Shown here in pieces: positions 33,146 through 43,227 of a stretch of DNA of 64,000 nucleotides. Source of the stretch: an uncultured delta proteobacterium (GTDB taxonomy: Bacteria > Myxococcota_A > Polyangia > Fen-1088); contig CAVYGB010000002.1 of assembly GCA_963767925.1 (NCBI GenBank), forward strand, positions 768,001 through 832,000, given 5' to 3'. The translations under genes and the position numbers were made by a program. Below the pieces are notes generated by a model. It made no database searches. It was not told the origin of the DNA and was given only the letters and a program-made list of their open reading frames with translations. How positions within the stretch are numbered: position 1 is the first letter of the stretch; each line of letters starts with the position of its first letter.

Positions 33146-34155
33146 GCAGCCCGGATCCTCCGCCGCGCGCCGAGGCCGCCGCCCCCGCCACCTGGACCGT
33201 CCTCGACGTCCTCAAGTGGACGTCGGCGCGGTTCGCCGAGCGGGGCTTGCCGAGCCCCCGCCTCGACGCCGAGCTGCTGGCCGGGCACGCCTTCGAGCTG
33301 ACCCGGGTCGCCCTCTACACCCAGTTCGATCGCCCGCTGTTGCCCGAGGAGCTGGCGCGCTTTCGCGAGCTGGTCAAGCGGCGGCAGGCAGGCGAGCCGG
33401 TCGCCTACCTAACCGGCCGCAAGCACTTCTGGAGCCTCGAGCTCGACGTCGACCGCCGGGTGCTGGTCCCCCGCCCCGACACCGAGACCGCGGTGGAGGC
33501 CGCCCTCGACCTGTGCCGCCCCCGCCCAGCCCCCCCCGACGACCTCCCGGAAAGCGCCGCCGCCGAGGCGCCCACCACCGGAGACGACCTCCCGCACGCG
33601 GCCGCCGAGGCGCCAACCCCCGCCGCCCCTCCGGTCGCGGCCCTGCGCATCGCCGACATCGGCACCGGATCGGGGGCCATCGCGCTGGTCCTCAAGAAAG
33701 AGCTCCCCCATGCCGACGTCTGGGCCGTGGACACCTCGGCCGATGCCCTGGACGTCGCGCGCGGCAACGCCGCCCGCCTGGGCCTGCCCGTCACCTTCGT
33801 GCAGGGCGACCTGCTGGCGCCGCTGGCGGACCGGCCGCCCTTCGATCTGATCGTCGCCAACCTGCCCTACATCCCGAGCGGCGACATCGCCGCCCTCGCG
33901 CCCGAGGTCCGCAGCGAGCCGCTGCTGGCGCTCGACGGCGGCGCAGATGGCCTGCTGCTGGTGCGCCGGCTCGTCGCCAGCGCCGGCGCCCGGCTGCGCC
34001 CGGGGGGCGCGCTGGTCCTCGAGGTCGGCCAGGGACAGGCCGACGCCGTCGCCGAGCTGGCCCGCGGGCACGGCTTCGCGGACGTGCGCATCCGGGCCGA
34101 TCTCGCCGGCGTCGCCCGGGTGGTCCAGGCCCGCCGGGATCCGGAGGCCCCGTGA
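33142..34155 (+). CDS. prmC: Release factor glutamine N5-methyltransferase
   Basis: PRLDAELL, GEPVAYL, LVPRPDTE, DIGTGSGAIA, ANLPYI and EP..ALDGG. Confidence 0.93.
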   Translation: MSSPDPPPRAEAAAPATWTVLDVLKWTSARFAERGLPSPRLDAELLAGHAFELTRVALYTQFDRPLLPEELARFRELVKRRQAGEPVAYLTGRKHFWSLELDVDRRVLVPRPDTETAVEAALDLCRPRPAPPDDLPESAAAEAPTTGDDLPHAAAEAPTPAAPPVAALRIADIGTGSGAIALVLKKELPHADVWAVDTSADALDVARGNAARLGLPVTFVQGDLLAPLADRPPFDLIVANLPYIPSGDIAALAPEVRSEPLLALDGGADGLLLVRRLVASAGARLRPGGALVLEVGQGQADAVAELARGHGFADVRIRADLAGVARVVQARRDPEAP

Positions 34156-34622
34156 CCCGCGCGCTGGGGGCGCTGGTGCTGGCCGCGACCGTCGCCGCCA
34201 CCGCCGGCTGCATGGGGACCAGCCAGCGGCGCGAGGACACCCTGGTCCGCCTGGCGCGCATGTTCAACGACGACTGGCGCTGGGCCCGCTGGGACGCGAT
34301 GACCACCGCGATGACCAGCGAGGACGCCGCCACCTTCCGCCAGCGGGTGCAAAACATCGAGGACGAGCTGGTCCTGACCGACTACGAGGTGACGTCGGTG
34401 ACCTTCGCCACCGGCTCGGAGACCGCCACCGTGGTCACCAAGTTCGAGTGGTACTACAAGCGGGACCCCCGGGTTCGCGCCACGACGGTCGAGCAGCGGT
34501 GGGAGCACCGCAGCGGCGACTGGCGGGTGGTCGGCCTGCGGCGCACCCGGGGCGAGCGCTTCGGCCTCGTCACCGAGCCCATCGCGTCAACCGACGCCGG
34601 CCCACCTCCCGCCGCCGAATAA
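34152..34622 (+). CDS. Hypothetical lipoprotein
   Basis: GTGA overlap with prmC; lipobox TAGC. Confidence 0.75.
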   Translation: MTRALGALVLAATVAATAGCMGTSQRREDTLVRLARMFNDDWRWARWDAMTTAMTSEDAATFRQRVQNIEDELVLTDYEVTSVTFATGSETATVVTKFEWYYKRDPRVRATTVEQRWEHRSGDWRVVGLRRTRGERFGLVTEPIASTDAGPPPAAE

Positions 34623-34678
34623 AACCGGGGCAGGCCCCGGCCCCCCGGTGCATCTTTCCGGAGATTCTTTCGCCCCCG

Positions 34679-34710
34679 GGAACCAACCGGACCCCTCGGT
34701 CGGACATCAC
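34679..34710 (+). promoter_or_regulatory. Possible ECF-type autoregulatory promoter
   Basis: GGAACC about 50 bp upstream of the ECF start, followed by ACATC. Confidence 0.3.
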
Positions 34711-34730
34711 CGGGTACAGGGACGTCTCTT

Positions 34731-35447
34731 TTGGCCGCACCGGACTTCGCCCAGCTCGCCCTCCCCTTCATGGGCGCCCTCTACCGCACGGCGTGTCGGT
34801 TGACGGCGCGTGGGGCCGAGGCCGAGGACCTCGTGCAGGAGACCTACCTCGAGGGGTTCCGCTGCTACCCCAGCCTGAAGGACCCCACGCGTTGCCGCCC
34901 CTGGCTGTTTCGCATCCTGCACAACCTGTGGAGCGAGCGGCGCGCGCGCGAGCGCAGCCGCGCCCTGGTGCGGGCCCTCGTCACCCAGACCGACGGAGAC
35001 CTGGAGCGGGAGATGACCGAGAGCGGTTACTCCGACGAGGTCGAGCGCGCGCTGGCCGCCCTGCCCGACGAGTTCCGGACCGCGGTCCTGCTGGTGACGG
35101 TCGAGGAGATGACCTACGACGAGGTCGCCGAGGTGATGGGCTGCCCGATCGGGACGGTCCGCTCGCGCGTGGCCCGCGGCCGCGCCCTGCTGGCGAACAA
35201 CCTCGCCCGCGCCGAGGTGGTCAAGCAGCTGGGCAAGGCGGCGCCGGCGCCGGATGGCCCCGCCGGGCTAACGGCCCAGGAAGTTTCGGAGCCGCGCTCG
35301 CAAGAGCTGGCGCAGGAGCGGTCGGAGCTGGCCGGGCAGGAGGCGCCGGACGAACGGTCGGCGAGCCCGTCCATCCTGGCGGCCCAGGCGCTGGGCTCGG
35401 CGGCGCCGCCGGTCAAGCAGCGGGGCCAGCGGGGCCAGCGACCATGA
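34731..35447 (+). CDS. ECF RNA polymerase sigma factor
   Basis: AEDLVQETYL, WLFRILHN and YDEVAEVMGCPIGTVRSRVARGR; TTG start. Confidence 0.92.
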   Translation: MAAPDFAQLALPFMGALYRTACRLTARGAEAEDLVQETYLEGFRCYPSLKDPTRCRPWLFRILHNLWSERRARERSRALVRALVTQTDGDLEREMTESGYSDEVERALAALPDEFRTAVLLVTVEEMTYDEVAEVMGCPIGTVRSRVARGRALLANNLARAEVVKQLGKAAPAPDGPAGLTAQEVSEPRSQELAQERSELAGQEAPDERSASPSILAAQALGSAAPPVKQRGQRGQRP

Positions 35448-35478
35448 GCCACGGACACTGCAAGAGAAAGGAAAGCAT

Positions 35479-36393
35479 GTGATGCGCTGCCAGGATGCTT
35501 GGGTGGAGATGAGCGCCGCGCTCGACGGGGAGCTCGACCCCGCGGGTGCCTCCTCGCTGCGGGAGCACCTGGACGGCTGTCCGGCTTGCCAGATCCGGCG
35601 CGATCAGATCGCCGCCTTCGATCAGCGCCTGCGCGCCCCCGCCCGGCGCGCCCTCCGGGTGCCCGAAGCCCTGCAAGCCCGCATCGCCGGCAAGCTCGCC
35701 AGCCAGCTCCCCGTCCCCCGCCCCCCCCGCCGTCGCGCCTCCCCCCTCGCCTTCGCGGTGGCCTTCACCGGCGCCGCCGCCGCCGCCGCCCTGGCGGTAG
35801 CCGGCCCCTCCAGCGACGACGCCACCACCAGCGACGAAGCCTCCAACGAGGCCGCCGCCCGCTCCCTCCTGGCCGGCCCATCCACGCCCCCCCACCCCCA
35901 CACCCCCCAGGCTCGCAGCCAGTCGACGAGCGCCGCCGCGGATCGCGCCATCACCAGTGACCCGTCCGCTCGTGCCGACAGCGCCCCTCTCGCACGTGCC
36001 GCCGCCCGCTCCATCAGCGCCTCCACCGCCGAGCGCACCTCCCTCGCTCGCGCCGCCGATCGCTCCAGCGCCCCCGCCGATCGCTCGACCGAGAACGATG
36101 CGCTCGACCGCCCGCAGAGCGAGGACCCGACTGCTCCCCCGCGCTTTACCGACGGGCCCGGAACCCGCGAGACCTGCCAGCTCGCCGTGACCGGCCACTC
36201 CCCCGTCGCCGTCGCCTGCGGCGCCGGCGGCCTGCGCGAGGCCCGCCGCGTGATGCGCGGCCTCGTCGACGGCGCGCGCAACCGCGGCCTCCGCTTCCGC
36301 TGCCGCGACTGCCACCGCAACGAGATCGACTTCGCCCTCGACGACAGCGCCCGCGAACGCTTCGCCACCCTGGTCGCCGCCGCCGGCGCCTGA
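35479..36393 (+). CDS. zf-HC2 anti-sigma factor with C-terminal CxxCH domain
   Basis: SAALDGEL..HLDGCPAC, one TM segment, Ser/Ala linker, then CRDCH. Confidence 0.8.
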   Translation: MMRCQDAWVEMSAALDGELDPAGASSLREHLDGCPACQIRRDQIAAFDQRLRAPARRALRVPEALQARIAGKLASQLPVPRPPRRRASPLAFAVAFTGAAAAAALAVAGPSSDDATTSDEASNEAAARSLLAGPSTPPHPHTPQARSQSTSAAADRAITSDPSARADSAPLARAAARSISASTAERTSLARAADRSSAPADRSTENDALDRPQSEDPTAPPRFTDGPGTRETCQLAVTGHSPVAVACGAGGLREARRVMRGLVDGARNRGLRFRCRDCHRNEIDFALDDSARERFATLVAAAGA

Positions 36394-36571
36394 CCCCACG
36401 TTCGCTCCGCCCGCGGGGAGGTGAGGGGGCCGTGGCCGGCCCGGCAGGAGATGGCCTCATGTTGCGGGGCAGGCACCCCGCTGCCTGTTTGCCCGCGCCC
36501 CGCGGTCCGCCGCGGCGAGAGGGTATTGCTGCTGGGGTGAGGGGCGGTCGCCTCGCCGGGATTCCCGTCGC

Positions 36572-36600
36572 TTGACGGGAAGTAAGTGATCGCTTACTTA
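36572..36600 (+). promoter_or_regulatory. Promoter with overlapping palindromic TetR operator
   Basis: TTGACG-17 bp-TACTTA; palindrome AAGTAAG-tgatcg-CTTACTT at 36580-36599. Confidence 0.65.
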
Positions 36601-36607
36601 CATACAT

Positions 36608-37402
36608 ATGGCCCCCGAGAGGCGGACCGCCGAGGAACGGCGGGAACAGATCCTCGCGGCGTCGCTCGAGCTGTTCGCGCGGCAGGGGCTCCATGGCGTC
36701 ACGACCCGCATGATCGCCGAGGCGGCGGGTATGTCGGAGGCGCTGCTGTACCGACATTTCCGCAGCAAGGACGAGCTGTACGCGGAGCTGCAGAGCTGGT
36801 GCCTGCGCGGCACCCTCGGCGCCGCCGAGAAGCTGATCCAGCTCCCGGTCAACACGGCGACCCTGGTGCTCGCCGTGTACTTCAGCGTCCATCAGATCCT
36901 CGGCGGACCCGATCGCAGCCAGTCCTTCTCCTACATCCAGCGGATCATGCTCAACAGCCTGATCGGCGACGGGAAGTTCGCGCGTGGCTTCTGCCAGGTG
37001 AACTTCGCCCGCTTCTTGCCGAAGCTGCGCGCCCTGCTCGACGCCGCCCACGCGGCCGGTGACATCGAGGGTCCCCGCTCCGCCCACCCCGACCTGGGGT
37101 TCTGGCTGGTTCACCACACCGCGGTCATGGCCAGCAACATCTACCTGCCCGACCCGCCGGTGATCGACCACGGCGTCGACCGGGCGGCCCTGGTCGTGGA
37201 GATAGCCCGCTTCGTCCTGCGCGGGCTGGGGCTCAAGGCCGCCGCCCTCGCCCGCCACTTCCACCCGCCCACCCTGGCCAGCGCCATCCAGCACGCCCTG
37301 GCCGCCGCCCCGCCCGACCCGCTGCCCCCCGCCACCCCCACCTCCCCGAAGAGTCCCCGGCCCGGAAGACCCCGATCAACAAGCAAAGGTAACCGCCGAT
37401 GA
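36608..37402 (+). CDS. TetR/AcrR family regulator
   Basis: RREQIL..LFARQG..TTRMIAEAAGMSEALLYRHFRSKDEL. Confidence 0.93.
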   Translation: MAPERRTAEERREQILAASLELFARQGLHGVTTRMIAEAAGMSEALLYRHFRSKDELYAELQSWCLRGTLGAAEKLIQLPVNTATLVLAVYFSVHQILGGPDRSQSFSYIQRIMLNSLIGDGKFARGFCQVNFARFLPKLRALLDAAHAAGDIEGPRSAHPDLGFWLVHHTAVMASNIYLPDPPVIDHGVDRAALVVEIARFVLRGLGLKAAALARHFHPPTLASAIQHALAAAPPDPLPPATPTSPKSPRPGRPRSTSKGNRR

Positions 37403-38199
37403 GACGCACCATGCACCGAACCCCGCCCTTCGCCGCTGCCCTCGCCCTCCTGATCGGCCTGGCCGCCGGCCCCGCGACCGGCGCCGCCGATCCCGTCGCC
37501 GCCGGCCTCGAGATCGCCCGCAAGGCCGACGCCGCCAACCAGGGCTTCGTCGGGGAGAAGGGGACCATGACCCTCGAGCTCATCAACGCCCACGGCGAGG
37601 TGACGAAGCGAAAGATGAACATGGAGGTGCTCGAGGGGACCGACGACGGCGACAAGAGCCGCTCGGTCTTCGAGTGGCCCGCCGACGTCAAGGGCACCAA
37701 GCTGCTCACCTGGACCCACAAGAAGGGGGACGACGACCGCTGGCTGTACCTGCCCGCCGTCAAGCGCATCAAGCGCATCAGCTCGAGCAACAAGTCCGGG
37801 TCCTTCATGGGCAGCGAGTTCGCCTACGAGGACTTCTCCAGCCAGGAGCTGGAAAAATACACCTACAAGCTGCTCGACGAGCCCAAGCAGGGCGGCCGCG
37901 ACACCTGGCGCATGGAACGCATCCCGGTCGAGAAGGACAGCGGCTACGCCCGCCAGATCGTCTGGACGGACAAGGAGTACCTGAACCCCCTGCGCATCGA
38001 GTACTTCGACCGCAAGAACGAGCTGCTCAAGGTGGCGACCTTCGAGGGCTACAAGAAGTTCGGCAAGTTCTGGCGTTTCGGGATCATCCGCATGGACAAC
38101 CTGCAGACCAAGAAGAAGTCCGTCCTGACCTGGGAGAACCGGGAGCTGGGCAACAAGCCCCCCGCCGAGAACTTCGACAGCGGCCGCCTCGAGGACTGA
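37399..38199 (+). CDS. Outer-membrane lipoprotein-sorting (LolA-like) protein
   Basis: PADVKGT, DDRWLYLPAVKRIKRI and FMGSEFAYED. Confidence 0.9.
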   Translation: MRRTMHRTPPFAAALALLIGLAAGPATGAADPVAAGLEIARKADAANQGFVGEKGTMTLELINAHGEVTKRKMNMEVLEGTDDGDKSRSVFEWPADVKGTKLLTWTHKKGDDDRWLYLPAVKRIKRISSSNKSGSFMGSEFAYEDFSSQELEKYTYKLLDEPKQGGRDTWRMERIPVEKDSGYARQIVWTDKEYLNPLRIEYFDRKNELLKVATFEGYKKFGKFWRFGIIRMDNLQTKKKSVLTWENRELGNKPPAENFDSGRLED

Positions 38200-38201
38200 T
38201 C

Positions 38202-39521
38202 GTGCGCCGCCGCCGACCGTGCGCCGGGGCCGCCTTCGCGCTGGCCCTGGCCGCCACCCCCTCCCCCGCCGCCGCCGACTGGTCCAGCCGGGGCGAGCTG
38301 GCCCTCGAGGGACGCCAGTTCGACGACGACGAGCGCGAGGTGACGCCCGACCGGGGGCTGGCCCTGTTCGGCCGCCTCGAGCTGCGCCACAGCCACGGCC
38401 GCCTCGAGGAGAAGACCCGCTTTTACGGCCGCCTCGATCGCTACGACGAGCAGCGCTCGGTGCTGGTGTTCGAGGAGGCCTGGGCCCAGCTCGCCCTCGA
38501 GCGGGTGCGCCTGCGCGCGGGCGTCGACCTGGTCAACTGGACCGCCACCGAGGCCTTCCACCCCGCCGACGTGATCAACGCCCGCAACCTCGACAGCGAC
38601 CTCGAGAACTACGAGAAGGTGGGCGAGCCGATGGCCGCCCTGCAGGTGCGCCTGCACGAGAACACCTCCGTGCAGGTGATGTACCTGCCCCACCGCACGG
38701 CGCCGATCTTCTCCTCGCCCGGCTCACGCCTCAGCTTCGCCCCCGGGCTCGACCTGCGCGGCAGCCGGCGCATGTTCGACCGGGAGGGCCGCCTCAGCGG
38801 CTCGCGCTGGGGCCCCCAGGCGGCGATCGCCCTGCGCCAGGTGCTGGGCAACGCCGACCTCACCGTGCACGCGCTCGAGCACCTCGATCGCAGCCAGCCC
38901 CTGGTCCGCCTCGACCCCCAGACCTTCTCGCCGCTGCTGGTCTTCCAGACCGTGCGCCAGCTCGGCGGCACCTACCAGCAGGCGGTCGGTCCGGTGGTGC
39001 TGAAGCTGGAGGGCGCCTACCGCCGCTTCGTGGCTCCCGTCGATGCCTTGCCCGGCCTGCCGCTGAGCGCGGCCGGCGGCCTCCTCGCTGATCAGGAGGT
39101 GGGTCTGCCCCCCGACGATCGCGGCCAGCCCGACCACGGCCTGCTGGCGGTCGGCATGGAGTACGGCGTGCCCCACGAGGGCGGCAGCGAATCGACCTTC
39201 CTGCTCGAGGGGCAAATCCTGCTCGGCGTCGAGGATCCCGCCCTGCGCGCGGCCCTGACCATCTTCCAGCGCGACGTCCTGGTCGGCTACCGCTTCGCCC
39301 TCAACGACGAGTCGAGCAAGGAGCTGCTGGTGGGGGCGATCTTCGACACCGAACGTTCGGGCGAGAGCCTGGTGATGCTGAACTACCAGCAGCGCCTGGG
39401 CGAGACCTGGACGCTGCGGGCCGGCCTGCGCCTGTTCAACGCCAGGGCCAGCGCCCCCGGTCCCATGGCCACCCTGCGCACCTCCGATCACGTCCGCCTG
39501 GCCTTGACCCGTCACTTCTGA
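38202..39521 (+). CDS. Putative outer-membrane beta-barrel protein
   Basis: Signal peptide, HPADVIN and C-terminal Phe; lies between the LolA-like and MMPL genes. Confidence 0.72.
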   Translation: MRRRRPCAGAAFALALAATPSPAAADWSSRGELALEGRQFDDDEREVTPDRGLALFGRLELRHSHGRLEEKTRFYGRLDRYDEQRSVLVFEEAWAQLALERVRLRAGVDLVNWTATEAFHPADVINARNLDSDLENYEKVGEPMAALQVRLHENTSVQVMYLPHRTAPIFSSPGSRLSFAPGLDLRGSRRMFDREGRLSGSRWGPQAAIALRQVLGNADLTVHALEHLDRSQPLVRLDPQTFSPLLVFQTVRQLGGTYQQAVGPVVLKLEGAYRRFVAPVDALPGLPLSAAGGLLADQEVGLPPDDRGQPDHGLLAVGMEYGVPHEGGSESTFLLEGQILLGVEDPALRAALTIFQRDVLVGYRFALNDESSKELLVGAIFDTERSGESLVMLNYQQRLGETWTLRAGLRLFNARASAPGPMATLRTSDHVRLALTRHF

Positions 39522-39566
39522 GGTCGATCCCCGTCCCGCTCAACCTCTCACGCCCGAGGCCGATCG

Positions 39567-41897
39567 ATGTCCACCTCCGCGCCCTTGCAGGTCACCGCCG
39601 TCAACCGCCGCTTCGTGGGGTTCATCGCCAGCAAGCCCTGGGTCGCCATCGCCCTCGGGCTGGCCCTCGTCGCGGGGCTGGCGGGGGGCCTGCGCCACCT
39701 GCACGCCGACTTTACCCACAAGGGCTTCTTCTGGGCCGACGATCCCAAGCTGCTGCGCCTCGACGCCTTCGAGCGGCGCTTCGGCAACGACGACGTGGTG
39801 CTGCTGGCGGTGGAGAGCCCCTCGGGCATCTTCGACCTCGAGTCGGCGACCCTCATCCAGGAGATGACCCGCAAGATGTGGCAGGTCCCGGAGGTCATCC
39901 GGGTCGACTCGATCGCCAACTTCAACTGGGTGCACGGCCAGGGCGACGATATCCTCGTCGAGCCCCTGCTGCCCGCGACGCTGACGCCCGAGATCCTGGC
40001 CCAGCGCAAGCAAGTGGCGCTCAGCCACGAGTCGCTGCCCAACTACCTCGTCAGCCGCGACGGCAAGGTCACCGTGATCATGGGGCGGATCAAGCCCGGC
40101 CTGGAGGCGCCGCCCGACGCCCCCCGCATCACCCGGGCCGTCCGCCAGATCGCCCGCGAGAGCGAGGGGGGTGACCACATCATCCACGTCTCGGGCGGGC
40201 CACCGATGACCTTCGCCTTCGAGGAGATCACGACCGCCGACATCCAGCGCCTGGTGCCGATGGCCCTGGGGATCGCCGCCCTCTTCCTCACGTTGCTGCT
40301 GCGCTCGCTGGCCGGGGTGTTGCTGCCCTTCGTGGCGGTGTTCGGAGCCGTGCTGGCCTCGTTCGGGTTCGCGGGCTGGGGTGGGCTGGTGCAGACCGCC
40401 ATGAGCACCGCCGTGCCGAGCATCCTCATCGCGGTCGGCATCGCCGACACCGTGCACATCCTGGTGACCTTCCTGGAGGAGCTGCGGCGCGGGCGCCCGC
40501 GCAAGGAGGCGGCCCACCACGCCCTCACGAAGAACCTGCTCGCCACCTTCCTGACCTGCCTGACCACCGCCATCGGCTTTTTCAGCTTCATGACCGCCAA
40601 CCTCAAGCCGGTCGGCATCCTCGGCATGATGGCCGGGATCGGCGCGCTGGTGGCCTGGGTGGTGGCCCAGCTCGTGGTGGGCGGGCTGCTGTTCGTGTTG
40701 CCGATCAAGGCCAAGCCGCTGCCCCCCGAGCGCTTCGAGGCCACCGACCGGCGGGCCACCCGCCTGGTGGACTTCATCGCCCGCCACCGGGTCGGCGTCA
40801 TCGTGACGACGGTGGCGCTGTCGGCGATCTCGCTGGCCCTGGCCCTCGGCATCGACGTCAACTCCGACCCGGTGAAATATTTCCGCAAGGACATCCCCGT
40901 GCGGGCGGCCAACGAGTTCATGGAGCGCACCATGGGCAACGCCCGCAGCTTCGAGCTCGTCGTGTCGGCCGGTGAGGAGGACGGGATCAAGGACCCGGTC
41001 TTCCTCGGCAAGGTCGACACCTTCCAGAGCTGGCTCGAGAAGCAGCCCCACATCACCCGCGCCGTCTCCATCCTCGACGTCCTCAAGAGCACCCACAAAT
41101 CGCTCCACGGCGACAGGCCGGAGGCTTACCGGCTGGCCGGCGACAAGCAGACCATCGCCCAGGAGCTGCTGCTGTACACGATGGGCTTGCCCCAGGGGAT
41201 GGACGTCAACGACCGCATCACGGTCAAGAACGACGCCCTCCGCATCACCGTCCTCAACACCATCCTCACCTCACGCGAGGCGGTGGCCACCATCGACCGC
41301 ATCGTGGCCCAGGGCAAGACGCTGGGGCTCGCCGTCGAGGCGACCGGAAAATACTACCTCTACCAGCAGACCAACGAATACGTGGTGCAGTCGTTCCTCA
41401 CCTCGCTGTGGAGCGCGACCCTGCTGATCGGGATCATCATGATGGTGTTCCTGCGTTCGGTGCGGCTGGGGTTGATCTCGATGTTCCCCAACATCGTGCC
41501 CCTGTTCGCGGGGGGCGCCCTGCTGCGCCTGCTGGGGCAGCCGCTCGACATGGGGACGGTGCTGGTGGCGAGCGTCTGCCTCGGCATCTCCATCGACGAC
41601 ACCAGCCACGTGCTGGCCAACTTCGCCTATTACCGGCGGCAGGGCGTGCCGCCCAACCAGGCCATGCGCCAGGTGCTGGCCGTGACCGGCCCGTCGCTGC
41701 TGTCGACGAACGGCATCCTGATCGCGTCGTTCGCCACCTTCGCCACCGCCACCTTCGTGCCGAACATCTACTTCGGCATCTTGACCGCCTTCATCCTCAC
41801 CATGGCGCTGGTGGCGGACGTGTTTTTCACCCCTGCCCTCCTGCTCGAAGACCCCCGCAAGGAAGCGGCCGCCCGGAGCGAGCGCGCCGTGGCCTGA
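39567..41897 (+). CDS. MMPL/RND family transporter
   Basis: Two TM repeats with GIADTVH and GISIDDTSH; TTAIGF. Confidence 0.92.
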   Translation: MSTSAPLQVTAVNRRFVGFIASKPWVAIALGLALVAGLAGGLRHLHADFTHKGFFWADDPKLLRLDAFERRFGNDDVVLLAVESPSGIFDLESATLIQEMTRKMWQVPEVIRVDSIANFNWVHGQGDDILVEPLLPATLTPEILAQRKQVALSHESLPNYLVSRDGKVTVIMGRIKPGLEAPPDAPRITRAVRQIARESEGGDHIIHVSGGPPMTFAFEEITTADIQRLVPMALGIAALFLTLLLRSLAGVLLPFVAVFGAVLASFGFAGWGGLVQTAMSTAVPSILIAVGIADTVHILVTFLEELRRGRPRKEAAHHALTKNLLATFLTCLTTAIGFFSFMTANLKPVGILGMMAGIGALVAWVVAQLVVGGLLFVLPIKAKPLPPERFEATDRRATRLVDFIARHRVGVIVTTVALSAISLALALGIDVNSDPVKYFRKDIPVRAANEFMERTMGNARSFELVVSAGEEDGIKDPVFLGKVDTFQSWLEKQPHITRAVSILDVLKSTHKSLHGDRPEAYRLAGDKQTIAQELLLYTMGLPQGMDVNDRITVKNDALRITVLNTILTSREAVATIDRIVAQGKTLGLAVEATGKYYLYQQTNEYVVQSFLTSLWSATLLIGIIMMVFLRSVRLGLISMFPNIVPLFAGGALLRLLGQPLDMGTVLVASVCLGISIDDTSHVLANFAYYRRQGVPPNQAMRQVLAVTGPSLLSTNGILIASFATFATATFVPNIYFGILTAFILTMALVADVFFTPALLLEDPRKEAAARSERAVA

Positions 41898-42187
41898 CGC
41901 CCCGGCGGGCGACCGGCCGAGTCGAATCCGGCCGCGGGAAGAGCGAAAAGGGCCAGGGCGGGCGGGAACCGGTGGGCGCGACGGTTCCCGGTGGCGGCGG
42001 GCGCACGGAGCGGCGGCGATGCCGGTGCCGGCGATTGGCGGAGCCGGCGCGGGAGGGTCCGGTGCAGGCCCCACGCGCGGAGCGGCGGGCGCCGGGAGCC
42101 ACGGGGGGTGAACGCCGCAACGTCGAAGAAACCTCGAAGCAGCACCGGCGCGAAGATCCAGTAGTAGACTGCCCTCGGTTGAACACC

Positions 42188-43093
42188 ATGAGGCTGGCTG
42201 GACGCGCGCTCGCCTGCTTGCTCGGGATCGGGGCCCTGGCCTGCGCGCCCGACAGCGGCGTGACCCGCTGGGGGCTGCCCCGCGCTCCCATCACGCTCGA
42301 CCGGGAGGCGGGCCGCCCGCCGGAGCCGTCGGCGCCCGCGGCGAGCCCTGGGGGCACGGCCGGCACGCCGCCCGGCGCGATGATCGATCCGCTCTCCCCC
42401 GCCGCGGCGGCGCCGGCACCCGACGCGGCGGCGCCGGCACCCGATCCGGCGCCGCCGCCACCGGGCGACGACGCGGGCGCTCCACCGCTCGGCGGCGAGC
42501 CGACCGACGCCCCGCCCTCGCCGGGCGCGGAATCCGGGGACGCCGGCGCCGGTGGAGAGCCCGCCGACGCCCCGGTCGACGCCAGCGATCCCTGCCAGCC
42601 GGGCGGCTGCAAGCGGGTGTTCGTGAGCTCGAGCGCGATGCCCAACGGCGGCTTCGGCAGCGTCAGCACCGCCGACGCCCTCTGCCAGCGCCTGGCCACC
42701 GCCGCCGCCCTCGGCGGGATGTGGCGGGCCTGGGTTTCCGACGAGCGCCGCCCCGCCGCCAGCCGCTTGACGCCGTCGCCGCGCCCGTACCGCCTGCTCG
42801 ACGGCACCCAGGTGGCCGCGAGCTGGGCCGCCCTCACCAGCGGCACGATTGACAACCCCATCGACCGCCACGAAGACGGCGCGCCCGTCCCCGGCGGCGG
42901 CCACGAGATCTGGACCGGCACCACCGCCGCCGGCGGCGCCTCCGGCATCACGTGCGGCAACTGGACCAACAACTCCCCCGGCCTGCCCAATGGCCACGTC
43001 GGCCACACCAGCCGCCGCGACGTGGGCTGGACCCAGGCCCTCGCCCAGCGCTGCAACCAGACGGCAGCCCACCTCTACTGCTTCGAGCAGTAG
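42188..43093 (+). CDS. Lipoprotein with DUF1554/endostatin-like C-terminal domain
   Basis: Lipobox ALAC, Pro-rich linker, KRVFVSS, ADALC, WRAWVSD, WTGT and LYCFEQ. Confidence 0.8.
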   Translation: MRLAGRALACLLGIGALACAPDSGVTRWGLPRAPITLDREAGRPPEPSAPAASPGGTAGTPPGAMIDPLSPAAAAPAPDAAAPAPDPAPPPPGDDAGAPPLGGEPTDAPPSPGAESGDAGAGGEPADAPVDASDPCQPGGCKRVFVSSSAMPNGGFGSVSTADALCQRLATAAALGGMWRAWVSDERRPAASRLTPSPRPYRLLDGTQVAASWAALTSGTIDNPIDRHEDGAPVPGGGHEIWTGTTAAGGASGITCGNWTNNSPGLPNGHVGHTSRRDVGWTQALAQRCNQTAAHLYCFEQ

Positions 43094-43227
43094 ATCCTTC
43101 CTGGTCGAGCACGATCACGCTCCTCATCCGCCGCTGCTCGGCTTCATCACCATCACTCCCTGAAGGCCCAGCGACGACCCGCCCGAACCCCGTCGAATTC
43201 CCGGCGCGGCCCTGGTAGAAGGCGGAC

